A stretch of 64,000 nucleotides of DNA from Rhizomicrobium sp. (GCA_035548975.1 DASZRY010000001.1:1439-65438), one strand, 5' to 3'. Shown: positions 16,007-26,878, counted from the first letter of the stretch. Numbers and translations: made by a program. Notes: generated by a model from the sequence alone, not told the origin.

Positions 16007-17725
16007 ATGGCAAGAGCCGCAACCGCCCCTTCCATCGCCACACCGAGCCGCGACGACTTCGCGGCCATGCTGGACGCCAGCTTCCAGAGCCAGACCCCCG
16101 CCGAAGGCAATGTCATCAAAGGCACTGTCGTGGCCATCGAAAACGATTTCGCCATCGTCGATGTGGGTTTGAAGACCGAAGGCCGCGTCAGCCTCAAGGA
16201 ATTCTCCATGCCGGGCCAGCCGGCGAATGTGAACGTCGGCGATGAGGTAGAGGTTTATCTGGAGCGGATCGAGAATGCGATGGGTGAAGCCGTGCTCTCG
16301 CGCGACAAGGCCCGCCGCGAGGAAAGCTGGATCCGTCTCGAGAAGGCGTTCAACGATCAGACGCGCGTGCACGGCGTGATCTTCGGCCGCGTGAAGGGCG
16401 GGTTCACCGTCGATCTGGACGGTGCTGTCGCGTTCCTTCCGGGTTCGCAGGTGGACGTTCGCCCGATGCGCGATGTCGGCCCGCTGATGAACCAGCAGCA
16501 GCTTTTCCAGATTCTGAAAATGGATCGCCGCCGCGGCAATATCGTGGTGTCGCGCCGCGCCGTGCTCGAAGAGCGCCGCGCCGAGGAACGCACCTCGCTC
16601 GTCGCCTCGCTTCAGGAGAAGCAGGTGGTCGAAGGCGTGGTCAAGAACATCACCGACTACGGCGCGTTCGTGGATCTGGGCGGTGTGGACGGGCTTCTGC
16701 ACGTCACCGATATCGCATGGCGCCGCGTCAGCCATCCGACGGAAGTTCTGTCGGTCGGCCAGACGGTCACCGTGCAGATCATCAAGATCAATCACGACAC
16801 GCAGCGCATCTCGCTCGGCATGAAGCAGTTGCAGACCGATCCGTGGGAAGGCGTTGCCGCAAAATACCCGCCGGGCGCCAAGTTCACCGGCAAAGTCACC
16901 AACGTCACCGATTACGGCGCATTCGTGGAATTGGAGCCGGGCGTCGAAGGACTTGTGCACGTTTCCGAAATGTCATGGGTCAAGAAGAACGTCGCCCCTT
17001 CGAAGATCGTGCAGCCGGGCCAGGATGTGGAAGTGCAGGTGCTGGAAGTCGATTCCAACAAGCGCCGCATCAGCCTCGGCCTCAAACAGACTCAGGACAA
17101 TCCGTGGCAATCGTTTGCCGCCAACCATCCCGTCGGCAGCGTTATCGAAGGCGAGATCAAATCGATCACCGAATTCGGACTCTTTGTCGGTCTCGACGGC
17201 GATATCGACGGAATGGTTCACCTGTCCGACCTGTCGTGGGACAAGACCGGCGAACAGGCAGTGCAGGACTATCAGAAGGGCCAGATCGTCAAGGCGAAGG
17301 TGCTCGAAATCGACGTCGAGAAGGAACGCATCGGCTTGGGTATCAAGCAGCTCGGCGAAGATCCCCTGGACAAAGCCGGCCCCATCAAGAAAGGCAGCGT
17401 GGTGACGGTCACCGTGACCGAAGTCAACGACGGGGGCATCGAAGTGCAGCTTGCCGACGGCATAAAGAGCTTCATCCGCCGCTCCGACCTCGCGCGCGAC
17501 CGCAACGACCAGCGCCCCGAACGCTTTGGCGTCGGCGACAAGGTCGATGCGCTCGTTACGAGCTTCGACAAGACGAGCCGCAAGCTGTCGCTCTCCATCA
17601 AGGCGCGCGAAATCTCCGAAGAGAAGGAGGCCGTGGCGCAGTACGGCTCATCGGATTCCGGCGCGAGCCTCGGCGACATTCTGGGCGCGGCGCTCAAACG
17701 CAAGAAGGGCGAAGCGGACGAATAA
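16007..17725 (+). CDS. rpsA: 30S ribosomal protein S1
   Basis: Repeated S1 domains (DYGAFVDLG, DYGAFVELE, EFGLFVGL); follows cmk. Confidence 0.97.
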   Translation: MARAATAPSIATPSRDDFAAMLDASFQSQTPAEGNVIKGTVVAIENDFAIVDVGLKTEGRVSLKEFSMPGQPANVNVGDEVEVYLERIENAMGEAVLSRDKARREESWIRLEKAFNDQTRVHGVIFGRVKGGFTVDLDGAVAFLPGSQVDVRPMRDVGPLMNQQQLFQILKMDRRRGNIVVSRRAVLEERRAEERTSLVASLQEKQVVEGVVKNITDYGAFVDLGGVDGLLHVTDIAWRRVSHPTEVLSVGQTVTVQIIKINHDTQRISLGMKQLQTDPWEGVAAKYPPGAKFTGKVTNVTDYGAFVELEPGVEGLVHVSEMSWVKKNVAPSKIVQPGQDVEVQVLEVDSNKRRISLGLKQTQDNPWQSFAANHPVGSVIEGEIKSITEFGLFVGLDGDIDGMVHLSDLSWDKTGEQAVQDYQKGQIVKAKVLEIDVEKERIGLGIKQLGEDPLDKAGPIKKGSVVTVTVTEVNDGGIEVQLADGIKSFIRRSDLARDRNDQRPERFGVGDKVDALVTSFDKTSRKLSLSIKAREISEEKEAVAQYGSSDSGASLGDILGAALKRKKGEADE

Positions 17726-17745
17726 TCCGCAACGTCTTACAAACG

Positions 17746-17777
17746 AAAACGCCCGGCCGAAAGCCGGGCGTTTTTTT
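17746..17777. terminator. Intrinsic terminator after rpsA (bidirectional)
   Basis: aaaacgcccggc-cgaaa-gccgggcgttttttt. Confidence 0.88.
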
Positions 17778-17796
17778 GTTCGGTCGGTCGCGCCGC

Positions 17797-18057
17797 CTAT
17801 TCCACCGGCATCGACATAGTGCGCAAAAGCTTTTCCTTCACGCTTTCCAGCCCGCCGATAATGCCGCAACCGTGGACGGCGCCGGCGTGCGAGTAGGAGA
17901 CGAAGTTGTCCCGGTGCAGATAAGAGCCGGCCAAGCCGACGATGTCGCCCGAACGGGCCGATTCCAGCAGGCGCTCCAGCTCTTCGATCACCCTCTGGTT
18001 CGGGCGCCGGCGTTCTGGTTCGTAAGGGCCGTACAGGCCAACCACTTCTGCAGACAT
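17797..18057 (-). CDS. Small hypothetical protein, phage-like
   Basis: 86 aa with GGAG RBS; VIEELERLLESARSGDIVGLAG resembles small alphaproteobacterial phage/prophage hypotheticals (from memory, unverified). Confidence 0.6.
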   Translation of the reverse strand: MSAEVVGLYGPYEPERRRPNQRVIEELERLLESARSGDIVGLAGSYLHRDNFVSYSHAGAVHGCGIIGGLESVKEKLLRTMSMPVE

Positions 18058-18711
18058 TCGGTCTCCCCCCAGGCCTTACGCCCCCCGCGCGGCCTGTTAT
18101 CAACAACAATGTAAATCAGTTTCGGCCAAATTTCAAAAAGAGCGAGCCGGCGATCCCCCATTTTCCTAAGCGCATGAAAATTGCCGGCGTACCGACGCTG
18201 TGCGGCTGGCCATGTTTGCAATTGGTCCACGGGACCTTTCGTACAGACTGCTATGAACACCCGAAATAATGTGAAAGCAGGGGCGATAGGCCCATGTTTT
18301 TTGCGGATCGAGATGGGGGAGACCGGGTGTTATCGCTGCAAGCAGGATGCGCGCGATGATGGTGCCGGACAACTTTGGGGCGCACGATCGTCGCCGACTG
18401 CGGCTGCGTCGGCGTCAATTTTTTCCTGCCGGTAGGGCGTTACAAAATCGACACACCGGCAGAGGAATTGAGCAGGACGACCTCTTGGCGCCGTCGGGAC
18501 CGCCAACCATCCGTTCGGACTTGCAGGGCGAATCGCGCGCTGTTGACTGTCGCGCAATCGGGGCGATGACAGGCCGCATCGCATTTCCTTCCAGCGCGGT
18601 CTGAATGCTGACGACGTGACGCTTTCGAAGCTTGCAGTGAAAGCAATTATTCCGGCAGATGAGGAAGCCGCAACCGCGGTACGCCGTCTCGCCAATGAGT
18701 AGAAAGCCGTT

Positions 18712-19488
18712 ATGGAAGCCGTATATCGCCTTGAAGGTACCAGAGCACACACAAGCAAATGGGCGGGCGGTCCGTGGGATCGCTCGATGCAGCACGGTTC
18801 CGCCCCAACGTCGCTGATTGCTCGCATCGCGGAGCACATCCCCACCCTTGCTCCCATGCGCGTCGCCCGCATGACCGTAGATCTCATGCGACCGGTACCG
18901 ATCGCGGCATTGGATATCGAGACCGAAATCGTTCGTGAGGGGCGCAAAATTCAATTGTTGTCGATTCGCCTGCTTGCGGGCAGCTCGGAAGTCGTCCGTG
19001 CGAGCGTTTTGAAAATTCGTAAGACAGACCTGCCGCTGCCGCCCGAAGCAGGTGAGCGAAGGGTGGGAGTGCCGCTGCCGGAAGAATTATCGGATGCGGT
19101 CTTCGGCGATGACCCCGTGCCATTTCTTGCAGGTCTTTCGTTGCGTGAAGCGAAAGGTGCATTTTGGGCGCTTGGACCGGCGGCGATTTGGTATCGCGCC
19201 AACCGTCCCATCGTCGATGGTGAAGCGATTTCGCCGTTGATGCGTGCTGCCATCGCGGCGGATTTCTGCAATGGCGCATCGAGCCCGCTGCCGTGGGATG
19301 CGTGGACGTTCATCAATGCGGATCTGACCATCACCCTCGCACGCGACCCGGTGGGCGAATGGGTGTTGCTGGATGCAGAAACCTGGCTGGGGCCGGAGGG
19401 GGGCGGGATCGCCTTCGCGAAGCTGGCCGATTCGCGCGGCTATTTCGGCAGGGCGGTACAAAACCTCGTCGTTGAGAAGCGCGGTTGA
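18712..19488 (+). CDS. Acyl-CoA thioesterase (double hot-dog, TesB-like) family protein
   Basis: GPWDRSMQHGSAP, RMTVDLMRPVP, ADFCNG, FINADLTITLARDPVGEW. Confidence 0.85.
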   Translation: MEAVYRLEGTRAHTSKWAGGPWDRSMQHGSAPTSLIARIAEHIPTLAPMRVARMTVDLMRPVPIAALDIETEIVREGRKIQLLSIRLLAGSSEVVRASVLKIRKTDLPLPPEAGERRVGVPLPEELSDAVFGDDPVPFLAGLSLREAKGAFWALGPAAIWYRANRPIVDGEAISPLMRAAIAADFCNGASSPLPWDAWTFINADLTITLARDPVGEWVLLDAETWLGPEGGGIAFAKLADSRGYFGRAVQNLVVEKRG

Positions 19489-19533
19489 TCTTGGCCGGAC
19501 GTCAATTTCACAGACATCCGCCGTCTCAAATTG

Positions 19534-19550
19534 TGTAAAAAGTGTAAACA
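19534..19550 (+). promoter_or_regulatory. Candidate enhancer (bEBP) site upstream of PEP-CTERM gene
   Basis: TGTAAAAAGTGTAAACA = TGT-N11-ACA in an AT-rich tract ~45 bp before the -24 element. Confidence 0.35.
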
Positions 19551-19593
19551 GTGTTGTCGAGATTAACAGTAAAAAGTGGCGGAAAACGGGGAT

Positions 19594-19609
19594 TGGCCCT
19601 CAACTTGCT
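19594..19609 (+). promoter_or_regulatory. Sigma54 -24/-12 promoter of the PEP-CTERM gene
   Basis: TGGCCCTCAACTTGCT with correct GG/GC spacing, ~38 nt before ATG 19647. Confidence 0.65.
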
Positions 19610-19646
19610 GCTTTTATTGCCGTAAGTGTTGGCGTATGAGTCAAAA

Positions 19647-20252
19647 ATGCTTAAGAAAATCGTAAGTGCGTTCGGGGGCCTGTCTCTTGCTGCGTTCGTT
19701 ACCGCAGCCCATGCCACGCCGGTCACTACCGCTCCTGAGGCGTTGTCGGTCAACGGCAATGTCCAGTTGGTTTTCATCGGATCCGATGCCGGCGACACCA
19801 GCTATCTGTCCCTCGTTGATGGTCTGCAGAACATTTTCTGCAACCACACGACATCGAGCTGCACCGCAGCTCATGCAGGCGATACGGTCGACCTCGGAAC
19901 CCTGAGCGGAGATCTCGTCTTCCAGCTGCGCGATATTACGGTCCCGAATACGTTCGATACCGAAAATACGAGCTCGGACGGCTACTACCACGCCAAGATT
20001 TCAACGAATTATACCGACCTCGGTGTGTTCAGCATTCCGAAAGCTGCAGCCGATGCGATCGCGGCAATCCTCACATCCGACGGAATTGTCAGATATATTG
20101 GGTTCGAAGATCGCCTCCACGGCGATTACGATTACAACGACTTCGTGTTTGCGGTCGTCGATCCTCCTCGAGCTCCGATTCCGGAGCCCGCATCGCTATT
20201 CATTCTCGGCGCGGGATTGGCAGGCATTGCCGCCAAACGCCGCCGGCGCTGA
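19647..20252 (+). CDS. PEP-CTERM sorting domain protein with DUF4114-like domain
   Basis: Signal peptide (AAHA), IGFEDRLHGDYDYNDFVFAV, C-terminal IPEPASLFILGAGLAGIAAKRRRR. Confidence 0.88.
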   Translation: MLKKIVSAFGGLSLAAFVTAAHATPVTTAPEALSVNGNVQLVFIGSDAGDTSYLSLVDGLQNIFCNHTTSSCTAAHAGDTVDLGTLSGDLVFQLRDITVPNTFDTENTSSDGYYHAKISTNYTDLGVFSIPKAAADAIAAILTSDGIVRYIGFEDRLHGDYDYNDFVFAVVDPPRAPIPEPASLFILGAGLAGIAAKRRRR

Positions 20253-20279
20253 ACCAACATAAGTTGGGGGCAAGCCTCG

Positions 20280-20317
20280 TGGCCCGCGGACATTGTCCGT
20301 CGGGCCATGATGCTTTT
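20280..20317 (+). terminator. Probable terminator after PEP-CTERM gene
   Basis: tggcccg-cggac-att-gtccg-t-cgggcca stem followed by tgatgctttt. Confidence 0.55.
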
Positions 20318-20608
20318 GGGGGATGATATCTGTCCTGGCCGGTTCGTGGGCGAGGCCAGAAGAAGTAGCGACAGTTCGAGGTCCCACAATATCTGGGGAG
20401 CTCACCGTCTTCAGCGGTCGGAAATTTTCCAACAGATTCAAGGGTGCGCCAGCCCCCGCGATTGCGTGAATTCGGCCACAGCGTGAAAAAAGCACTGGCG
20501 ATACAGGGGCTTCCATTGACGCCCCCGGTATGCTCTGACAACAATTCGCATCTGGAAGCGGCCCATTGGCCGATTCCACAGGAGGGGTGCCCGGCCGGGG
20601 CCTGGGGG

Positions 20609-20890
20609 ATGATCAAATCGGAACTTGTTGCGAAGCTCACGCAACGTTACCCGCATCTCTATCACCGCGACGTCGAACGGATCGTGTCCACCGTGCTTGA
20701 CGAGATCACGAAGGCCTTGTCCCAAGGCCATCGCGTCGAATTGCGCGGTTTTGGCGCCTTCTCGGTGAAGGTCCGGCCTGCGAGACAGGGCCGTAACCCG
20801 CGCACCGGTGAACCCGTCACGGTTGAGGAAAAGCGCGCGCCGTTTTTTCGCACCGGCAAGGAACTTCGCGAGCGTCTGAACAAGTCATAG
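20609..20890 (+). CDS. ihfB: Integration host factor subunit beta
   Basis: [41 protein letters not shown]. Confidence 0.96.
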   Translation: MIKSELVAKLTQRYPHLYHRDVERIVSTVLDEITKALSQGHRVELRGFGAFSVKVRPARQGRNPRTGEPVTVEEKRAPFFRTGKELRERLNKS

Positions 20891-20933
20891 CGTCAGCTTG
20901 CAGCGGGCGCGCGGGCAGACTACGACGCTGGCC

Positions 20934-21644
20934 ATGCACCCTGCGAGAATTGAGAACCCCATCTTTGTAGCGCTCGATACACCCGATCTGGGCCGCGCTC
21001 TCGAAATTGCACAGGCGGTCAAGCCGCATGTCGGCGGGCTGAAAGTAGGCCTCGAATTCATCACCGCACTCGGTCCGGATGCGGTCGCGCAAATCGTGGA
21101 AATCGGACTGCCGGTGTTCGCGGATACCAAATTCCACGACATTCCGAACACGGTTTTGGGCGCCTCGCGCGCCATTGCAAGTCTGGGCGTGGCGATGTTC
21201 AACATTCATGCCTCAGGCGGCCTCGCCATGATGCATGCGGCACGCAATGCCGCCGCCGAATCCGAATCCAGGCCGAAAGTACTGGGCGTCACGGTTTTGA
21301 CCAGCCTGGAAGATGGCGACCTCGAGATGGTCGGTCAGATGTGGCCGGCAACGGATCAGGTGGTCAAACTTGCGACCCTGGCAAAGGTGGCGGGACTCGA
21401 CGGCGTTGTCTGCTCCGCCCACGAAATCGCGCAGGTCCGCGCGGCGTGCGGACCCGATTTTCTGCTGGTGATCCCAGGTATCCGGCCTGCCGGGGCCGAT
21501 ATCGCCGACCAGCGCCGGGTCGTAACCCCGCGCGAGGCCGTGAAGGCCGGGGCTGATATTCTGGTGATCGGCCGGCCGATAACGGGGGCCAAGGATCCCG
21601 CGGCTGCCGCCCATGCCATAGCGGAAGACCTGTCCATTCCTTGA
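20934..21644 (+). CDS. pyrF: Orotidine 5'-phosphate decarboxylase
   Basis: VALD, KVGLE, DTKFHDIPNTV, PGIRP, VIGRPIT. Confidence 0.95.
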   Translation: MHPARIENPIFVALDTPDLGRALEIAQAVKPHVGGLKVGLEFITALGPDAVAQIVEIGLPVFADTKFHDIPNTVLGASRAIASLGVAMFNIHASGGLAMMHAARNAAAESESRPKVLGVTVLTSLEDGDLEMVGQMWPATDQVVKLATLAKVAGLDGVVCSAHEIAQVRAACGPDFLLVIPGIRPAGADIADQRRVVTPREAVKAGADILVIGRPITGAKDPAAAAHAIAEDLSIP

Positions 21645-21679
21645 TTTCCTGGCGGGGCGCGGGCGATAAGGCCCGCCCC

Positions 21680-22342
21680 ATGGCTCTGATGGTCAAAATC
21701 TGTGGAATTAACAGCGTCGAAGCGGCGGACGCAGCTGCGCGCGCGGGCGCCGATTTTGCCGGCCTCGTGTTTCACCCCAAATCGCCCCGCCATTTAACGC
21801 CAGATGCGGCGCGGGCGCTTTCCCAGCGATTGCGGGGACGGTTGCGGCTGGTTGTGCTGATGGCCGATCCGCATGACGAGGATGTACTGCACGCCGTGAA
21901 CAATACCGTGCCCGATTTTCTGCAGCTCCACGGGGCAGAGAGTCCGGCGCGCGTGAGCGAATTGCGCGCGAAGTTCGGGTTACCCATCATCAAGGCTCTG
22001 CCGATCGCCGATGCGTCGGACTTTGGCGCGCTTCCAGCTTATGAAGATGCGGCCGACATGCTCTTGTTCGATGCGAAGGCGCCTGCAAATGCGGAACGTG
22101 GGGGCGGGCATGGCGTGGCCTTCGACTGGCAGTTGCTCCGTTCACGGACGATTTCGCGGCCATGGTTTCTGGCGGGCGGGCTCAATGCGGAAAATGTAGC
22201 CCGTGCGGTAGCCGCTTCGAATCCGCCGGGAGTCGATGTGTCGTCCGGCGTGGAGACAGCGCCCGGCGTGAAAAACGCAGACATGATCCAGGCTTTCGTT
22301 GCGGCCGCGCGCAACGCCCATTTCGCCGGAGCGGCCGCATGA
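21680..22342 (+). CDS. trpF: Phosphoribosylanthranilate isomerase
   Basis: [40 protein letters not shown]. Confidence 0.96.
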   Translation: MALMVKICGINSVEAADAAARAGADFAGLVFHPKSPRHLTPDAARALSQRLRGRLRLVVLMADPHDEDVLHAVNNTVPDFLQLHGAESPARVSELRAKFGLPIIKALPIADASDFGALPAYEDAADMLLFDAKAPANAERGGGHGVAFDWQLLRSRTISRPWFLAGGLNAENVARAVAASNPPGVDVSSGVETAPGVKNADMIQAFVAAARNAHFAGAAA

Positions 22343-23550
22343 CAACGCCCAATTCCTATCGCAGCGGACCTGACAATCGCGGGCATTTCGGCGCCTATGG
22401 CGGGCGCTTCGTCGCCGAAACTCTGATGCCGCTGATCCTCGATCTGGAACAGGCTTATGAGGAAGCGCGGCGCGATCCCAATTTCCAGGCCGAACTCGAT
22501 GGCTTGCTCAAGAATTATGTCGGGCGGGAAAGCCCGCTCTATTTTGCCGAACGGCTGACCGAGCATCTGGGCGGGGCGAAGATCTATTTGAAGCGCGAAG
22601 ACCTCAACCATACGGGCGCGCACAAGATCAACAATTGCATCGGGCAGATTCTGCTTGCCCGCCGCATGCGCAAGACGCGCATCATCGCGGAAACGGGCGC
22701 GGGCCAACACGGCGTGGCGACGGCGACCGTCGCGGCTCGGTTCGGTCTGCCATGCGTTGTCTATATGGGCGAGGTCGATATCGAGCGGCAGAAACCCAAC
22801 GTGTTCCGTATGCGCCTGCTTGGAGCGGAAGTGCGCGGCGTCACCTCCGGCTCGAAGACGCTGAAGGACGCAATGAACGAGGCATTGCGCGATTGGGTCG
22901 CCAATGTGCATGACACGTTCTACATCATCGGCAGTGCAGCCGGACCGCATCCCTATCCGCAAATCGTGCGCGATTTCCAATGCGTGATCGGCAATGAAAT
23001 ACGCTCCCAGATCGTTGCAGTGGAGAAGCGCCAGCCCGATCTGCTGATCGCCTGTGTTGGCGGCGGGTCGAACGCGATCGGGACATTCCATCCGTTTCTT
23101 GATGACAACGACGTGGAAATCCATGGCGTGGAAGCCGCGGGCGAGGGGACCGATACGCCGCGCCACGCGGCAACGATTTCCAAAGGCTCGCCGGGCGTGT
23201 TGCATGGCGCGCGGTCTTATCTGTTGCAGGACGCGGACGGGCAAATTCTCGAAGCACATTCGATTTCGGCGGGCCTCGACTATCCGGGCGTAGGACCGGA
23301 GCATTCGTGGCTGAAAGATATCGGTCGGGTGAAGTATTTTTCGGCGACCGACAAGGAAGCGATGGACGCTTTTGTGGCGTTGAGCCGGTTCGAGGGCATC
23401 ATCCCCGCGCTCGAATCCGCTCACGCGATTGCGCACGCCATGCGCGTGGCTCCGGAGATGGGCAAGGACAAGGTGATTGTCGTCACGCTGTCGGGACGCG
23501 GCGACAAGGACGTGTTTACCGCTGCTGCTGCGCTGGGTGAAAAGATATGA
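22339..23550 (+). CDS. trpB: Tryptophan synthase beta chain
   Basis: [15 protein letters not shown] (PLP Lys), [30 protein letters not shown]. Confidence 0.97.
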   Translation: MTTPNSYRSGPDNRGHFGAYGGRFVAETLMPLILDLEQAYEEARRDPNFQAELDGLLKNYVGRESPLYFAERLTEHLGGAKIYLKREDLNHTGAHKINNCIGQILLARRMRKTRIIAETGAGQHGVATATVAARFGLPCVVYMGEVDIERQKPNVFRMRLLGAEVRGVTSGSKTLKDAMNEALRDWVANVHDTFYIIGSAAGPHPYPQIVRDFQCVIGNEIRSQIVAVEKRQPDLLIACVGGGSNAIGTFHPFLDDNDVEIHGVEAAGEGTDTPRHAATISKGSPGVLHGARSYLLQDADGQILEAHSISAGLDYPGVGPEHSWLKDIGRVKYFSATDKEAMDAFVALSRFEGIIPALESAHAIAHAMRVAPEMGKDKVIVVTLSGRGDKDVFTAAAALGEKI

Positions 23551-23813
23551 ATCGATCTCCAGACTCAATACTGCCCGGTGATGTTGTGAAGCTGAAATCG
23601 GGTGGTCCTCAAATGACTGTAAAGTCCGTTGAAGGCGACGAGGCCGATTTGGACTGGTTCGATAAGAGTGAGAAGCATCACACTCAGCGATTTAAGCTCG
23701 TTGAGCTCCAGGTAGTTACCGATTCAATGCAGATCAACTGGGATCGATGGTCCTCACAAGAACTGGAAACGCTAGAAGCCCTGATTTCGAAAGCGTTGGG
23801 AGAAAGGCAATGA
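23547..23813 (+). CDS. YodC/DUF2158-like small protein with extra C-terminal helix, inserted between trpB and trpA
   Basis: [15 protein letters not shown]...WF motif; ATGA overlaps with both trpB stop and trpA start. Confidence 0.8.
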   Translation: MNRSPDSILPGDVVKLKSGGPQMTVKSVEGDEADLDWFDKSEKHHTQRFKLVELQVVTDSMQINWDRWSSQELETLEALISKALGERQ

Positions 23814-24631
23814 GCCGGATTGCCCGACGGTTCGAAGAATTGAAGAGCGCAAATCGCGCGGCGTTCATGCCGTTCATTACGGCGGGCGATCCCGACTTCG
23901 AGACGAGCTTTCGGATTCTCGAGAAGCTTCCTGCGATGGGCGCCGACCTGATTGAACTTGGCGTGCCGTTTTCCGATCCAATGGCGGATGGCCCCTCGGT
24001 ACAGGCGTCGAGCTTGCGTGCGCTCGCGGCAGGCACGACGGTGGTGAAGGTGCTTGAGCTTGTGCGCCGTTTCCGCAGGCAAGACCAGAAGACGCCGATC
24101 ACATTGATGGGCTATTACAATCCAATCCATGCCTATGGAACGGCACGATTTGCGAAAGACGCCGCGGAAGCCGGCGCCGATGGGCTCATCACTGTCGATT
24201 TGCCGCCGGAAGAAGACGAAGTGCTGCGCGTGCCGGCGAAGGCGCAATCGCTCGATATCGTGCGTCTGGCGACGCCGACGACGAACGACAAGCGGCTTCC
24301 GACCGTACTCGATGGCGCAAGCGGATTTCTCTATTATGTCTCCATCGCGGGGGTAACGGGCACGAAGAGTTTCACCGAAAGCGATGTGCGCGCGGCGGTT
24401 GCGCGGTTGAAGGAAAAAAGCGGTCTGCCAATCGCGGTGGGCTTCGGCATCAAGACGCCGGAGCAGGCCCAGGCCATTGCCCGCTTTGCCGACGGTGCGG
24501 CGGTGGGGTCGGCCATTGTCGATCTCGTGAAGAAACATGCTGCGAACGGTGGAAACCGTGAGACTCTTGTCTCCGAGACGCTGAATTTCTGTCAGAAGCT
24601 TGCCAACGCGGTGCATGCAGCGCGCGGTTGA
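23810..24631 (+). CDS. trpA: Tryptophan synthase alpha chain
   Basis: FITAGDP, ELGVPFSDPMADGP, GVTG, VGFGI. Confidence 0.97.
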   Translation: MSRIARRFEELKSANRAAFMPFITAGDPDFETSFRILEKLPAMGADLIELGVPFSDPMADGPSVQASSLRALAAGTTVVKVLELVRRFRRQDQKTPITLMGYYNPIHAYGTARFAKDAAEAGADGLITVDLPPEEDEVLRVPAKAQSLDIVRLATPTTNDKRLPTVLDGASGFLYYVSIAGVTGTKSFTESDVRAAVARLKEKSGLPIAVGFGIKTPEQAQAIARFADGAAVGSAIVDLVKKHAANGGNRETLVSETLNFCQKLANAVHAARG

Positions 24632-24650
24632 CCTGTGCTAGAGTGAGCGC

Positions 24651-25565
24651 ATGAATTGGATCGCAAATTTCGTTCGCCCGAAGATCAAGAGCTGGATCGC
24701 CCGGCGCAGCGAGACGCCGGAAAACCTCTGGACCAAATGTCCGGGTTGCGGCGAGATGATTTTTCACAAGGATCTCGTAGCTGCACTTTACGTGTGCCCG
24801 CAGTGCGGATTTCACATGCGCGTGGGCCCGAAGGAACGTTTTGCGTGGACGTTCGATGCCGGCTCCTATGAAGAGCTTCCGCAGCCGCCTGTTGCTGCCG
24901 ATCCCCTGAAATTCCGAGACGAGAAGCGTTATTCGGACCGCATAAAGGATGCACGCGCCAAGACCGGACGGCAGGATGCTTTGGTAGCCGCGCGCGGCAC
25001 TCTGGACGGTCTTCCTGTGATGATCGCAGTGCAGCCGTTCGATTTCATGGGCGGCTCGCTCGGCATGGCCGTCGGCGAGGCTCTGGTGCAGGCAATGCAG
25101 GCCGCAGTGAACGAGCGCCGTGCGTTTATTCTCTATTCGTCCTCCGGCGGCGCGCGAATGCAGGAAGGCATTCTTTCGCTGATGCAAATGCCGCGCGTGA
25201 CCATTACGGTCGATATGCTCGACGAGGCGCGGCTGCCATATATCGTCGTACTCACCGATCCTACGACCGGCGGAGTGAGCGCGTCTTATGCGATGCTGGG
25301 CGATATTCAGCTTGCGGAGCCCGGTGCATTGATCGGCTTCGCGGGGCAGCGCGTGATTGAACAGACGATCCGCGAGAAGCTTCCGGAAGGATTTCAGCGC
25401 GCGGAATATCTGCGCGATCACGGCATGGTGGATATGGTCGTGCATCGCCATGAGATGCGCGCCACGCTTTCGCGCCTTGTCCACATTCTGATGAAGAAGC
25501 CCAAGCCCAAATCGCGCCAGCCCGCGCAGACCGTAACGGGTACGGCGCTTCGCGTGCGCGCATGA
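24651..25565 (+). CDS. accD: Acetyl-CoA carboxylase carboxyltransferase beta subunit
   Basis: Zn finger KCPGC...[29 protein letters not shown]. Confidence 0.96.
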   Translation: MNWIANFVRPKIKSWIARRSETPENLWTKCPGCGEMIFHKDLVAALYVCPQCGFHMRVGPKERFAWTFDAGSYEELPQPPVAADPLKFRDEKRYSDRIKDARAKTGRQDALVAARGTLDGLPVMIAVQPFDFMGGSLGMAVGEALVQAMQAAVNERRAFILYSSSGGARMQEGILSLMQMPRVTITVDMLDEARLPYIVVLTDPTTGGVSASYAMLGDIQLAEPGALIGFAGQRVIEQTIREKLPEGFQRAEYLRDHGMVDMVVHRHEMRATLSRLVHILMKKPKPKSRQPAQTVTGTALRVRA

Positions 25566-26878
25566 GCGTGGCCGCCGAAAGCGACCTGATCCTTCAACGC
25601 CTGCTGTCGCTGCACCCCAAGAAGATCGATCTTGTGCTGGATCGCATACAGCGCCTGCTCGCCGATCTCGGACATCCCGAATTGCGGTTGCCGCCAATCC
25701 TTCATGTGGCGGGAACAAACGGGAAGGGATCAACCTGCGCGTTTGCGCGCGCAATGCTGGAAGCGCAAGGCCTGAAGGTGCATGTTTATACTTCGCCGCA
25801 TCTGGTGCAATTCAACGAACGTATTCGCCTGGCGGGACGTCTCATCACCGAAGAGGAGCTTTCCGCCACGCTTGCGGAATGCGAGAGTGTGAATGACGGA
25901 GCGCCCATTACGTTCTTCGAAATCACGACCGCTGCGGCATTTCTCGCTTTCGCGCGGCATCCGGCCGACGCGCTGGTGCTGGAAGTGGGATTGGGCGGAA
26001 AGTATGACGCCACCAATGTGATTGCAAATCCGCAAGCCGCCATCATCACGCCGGTCGGACTGGATCATGCGGAATTCCTCGGCACTTCGATTGCCGATAT
26101 TGCGGCGGAAAAGGCGGGCATCATCAAGCGTGGGATTCCGGTGATCGTAGGCGCGCAGGACGACATCCCGCGAGATGTCATCACGCGCCGCGCGGATGCA
26201 TTGGATGCGCCCTTGATCGCGTTCGGGCAGGATTTCTTTGCGCATCAGGAACACGGGCGCATGGTCTATCAGGATATGGATGGGCTGCTGGATTTACCGC
26301 TGCCGAAGTTGATCGGCCGGCATCAAATTGAAAATGCGGCGACAGCCATTGCAGCTCTACGCCACGCCAACAAAGGTTGGGGCGAAGACGCGGCGATTGA
26401 GAAAGGTCTGAGAACCGTCGAATGGCCGGCGCGGTTGCAGCGGTTGACACATGGGCCGCTCATCGATCTTGCGCCCAAGGGTTCCGAAGTCTGGCTGGAT
26501 GGAGGACACAATCCGCACGGGGCGCAGGCTCTCGCACGCGCTATCGCCGATCTCGAAGATCGCGCGGAGCGGCCGCTTTATCTGATTTGCGGAATGCTGC
26601 GCACGAAGGACGCGGTTGGATATCTTTCAGCGTTCCAGGGGCTGGCGCGACATGTCACGACTGTTCCCATAGAAGGCGAGGCCGCAAGCCAGGGATCGGG
26701 TGCGCTTTACGACGCAGTGCGCGAGGCAGGGCTTGAAGCCTCTCCCGCCGACGATCTCGAAGACGCGATGATGCAGGTAAACGCCTGGGCAAGGTCGCGG
26801 CCTTCGGAACCCGCACCCCGTATCTTGATATGCGGGTCGCTATATCTTGCGGGGCAGGTGCTGGCGGAAAACGGATAA
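25562..26878 (+). CDS. folC: Folylpolyglutamate synthase/dihydrofolate synthase
   Basis: [43 protein letters not shown]. Confidence 0.96.
   Translation: MSVAAESDLILQRLLSLHPKKIDLVLDRIQRLLADLGHPELRLPPILHVAGTNGKGSTCAFARAMLEAQGLKVHVYTSPHLVQFNERIRLAGRLITEEELSATLAECESVNDGAPITFFEITTAAAFLAFARHPADALVLEVGLGGKYDATNVIANPQAAIITPVGLDHAEFLGTSIADIAAEKAGIIKRGIPVIVGAQDDIPRDVITRRADALDAPLIAFGQDFFAHQEHGRMVYQDMDGLLDLPLPKLIGRHQIENAATAIAALRHANKGWGEDAAIEKGLRTVEWPARLQRLTHGPLIDLAPKGSEVWLDGGHNPHGAQALARAIADLEDRAERPLYLICGMLRTKDAVGYLSAFQGLARHVTTVPIEGEAASQGSGALYDAVREAGLEASPADDLEDAMMQVNAWARSRPSEPAPRILICGSLYLAGQVLAENG

Noticed and set aside
18166-18954. Short ORFs in the spacer before the thioesterase
   Set aside because: No RBS or family motifs; some overlap the thioesterase on the opposite strand
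19384-19398. tggctggggcc resembling the tRNA-Gln 3' end (possible att site)
   Set aside because: Only ~10 nt match, inside the thioesterase coding sequence, and no integrase is present
20444-20608. N-terminal extension of IhfB or an sppA remnant
   Set aside because: Canonical IhfB begins at ATG 20609; I saw no recognisable S49 peptidase similarity upstream
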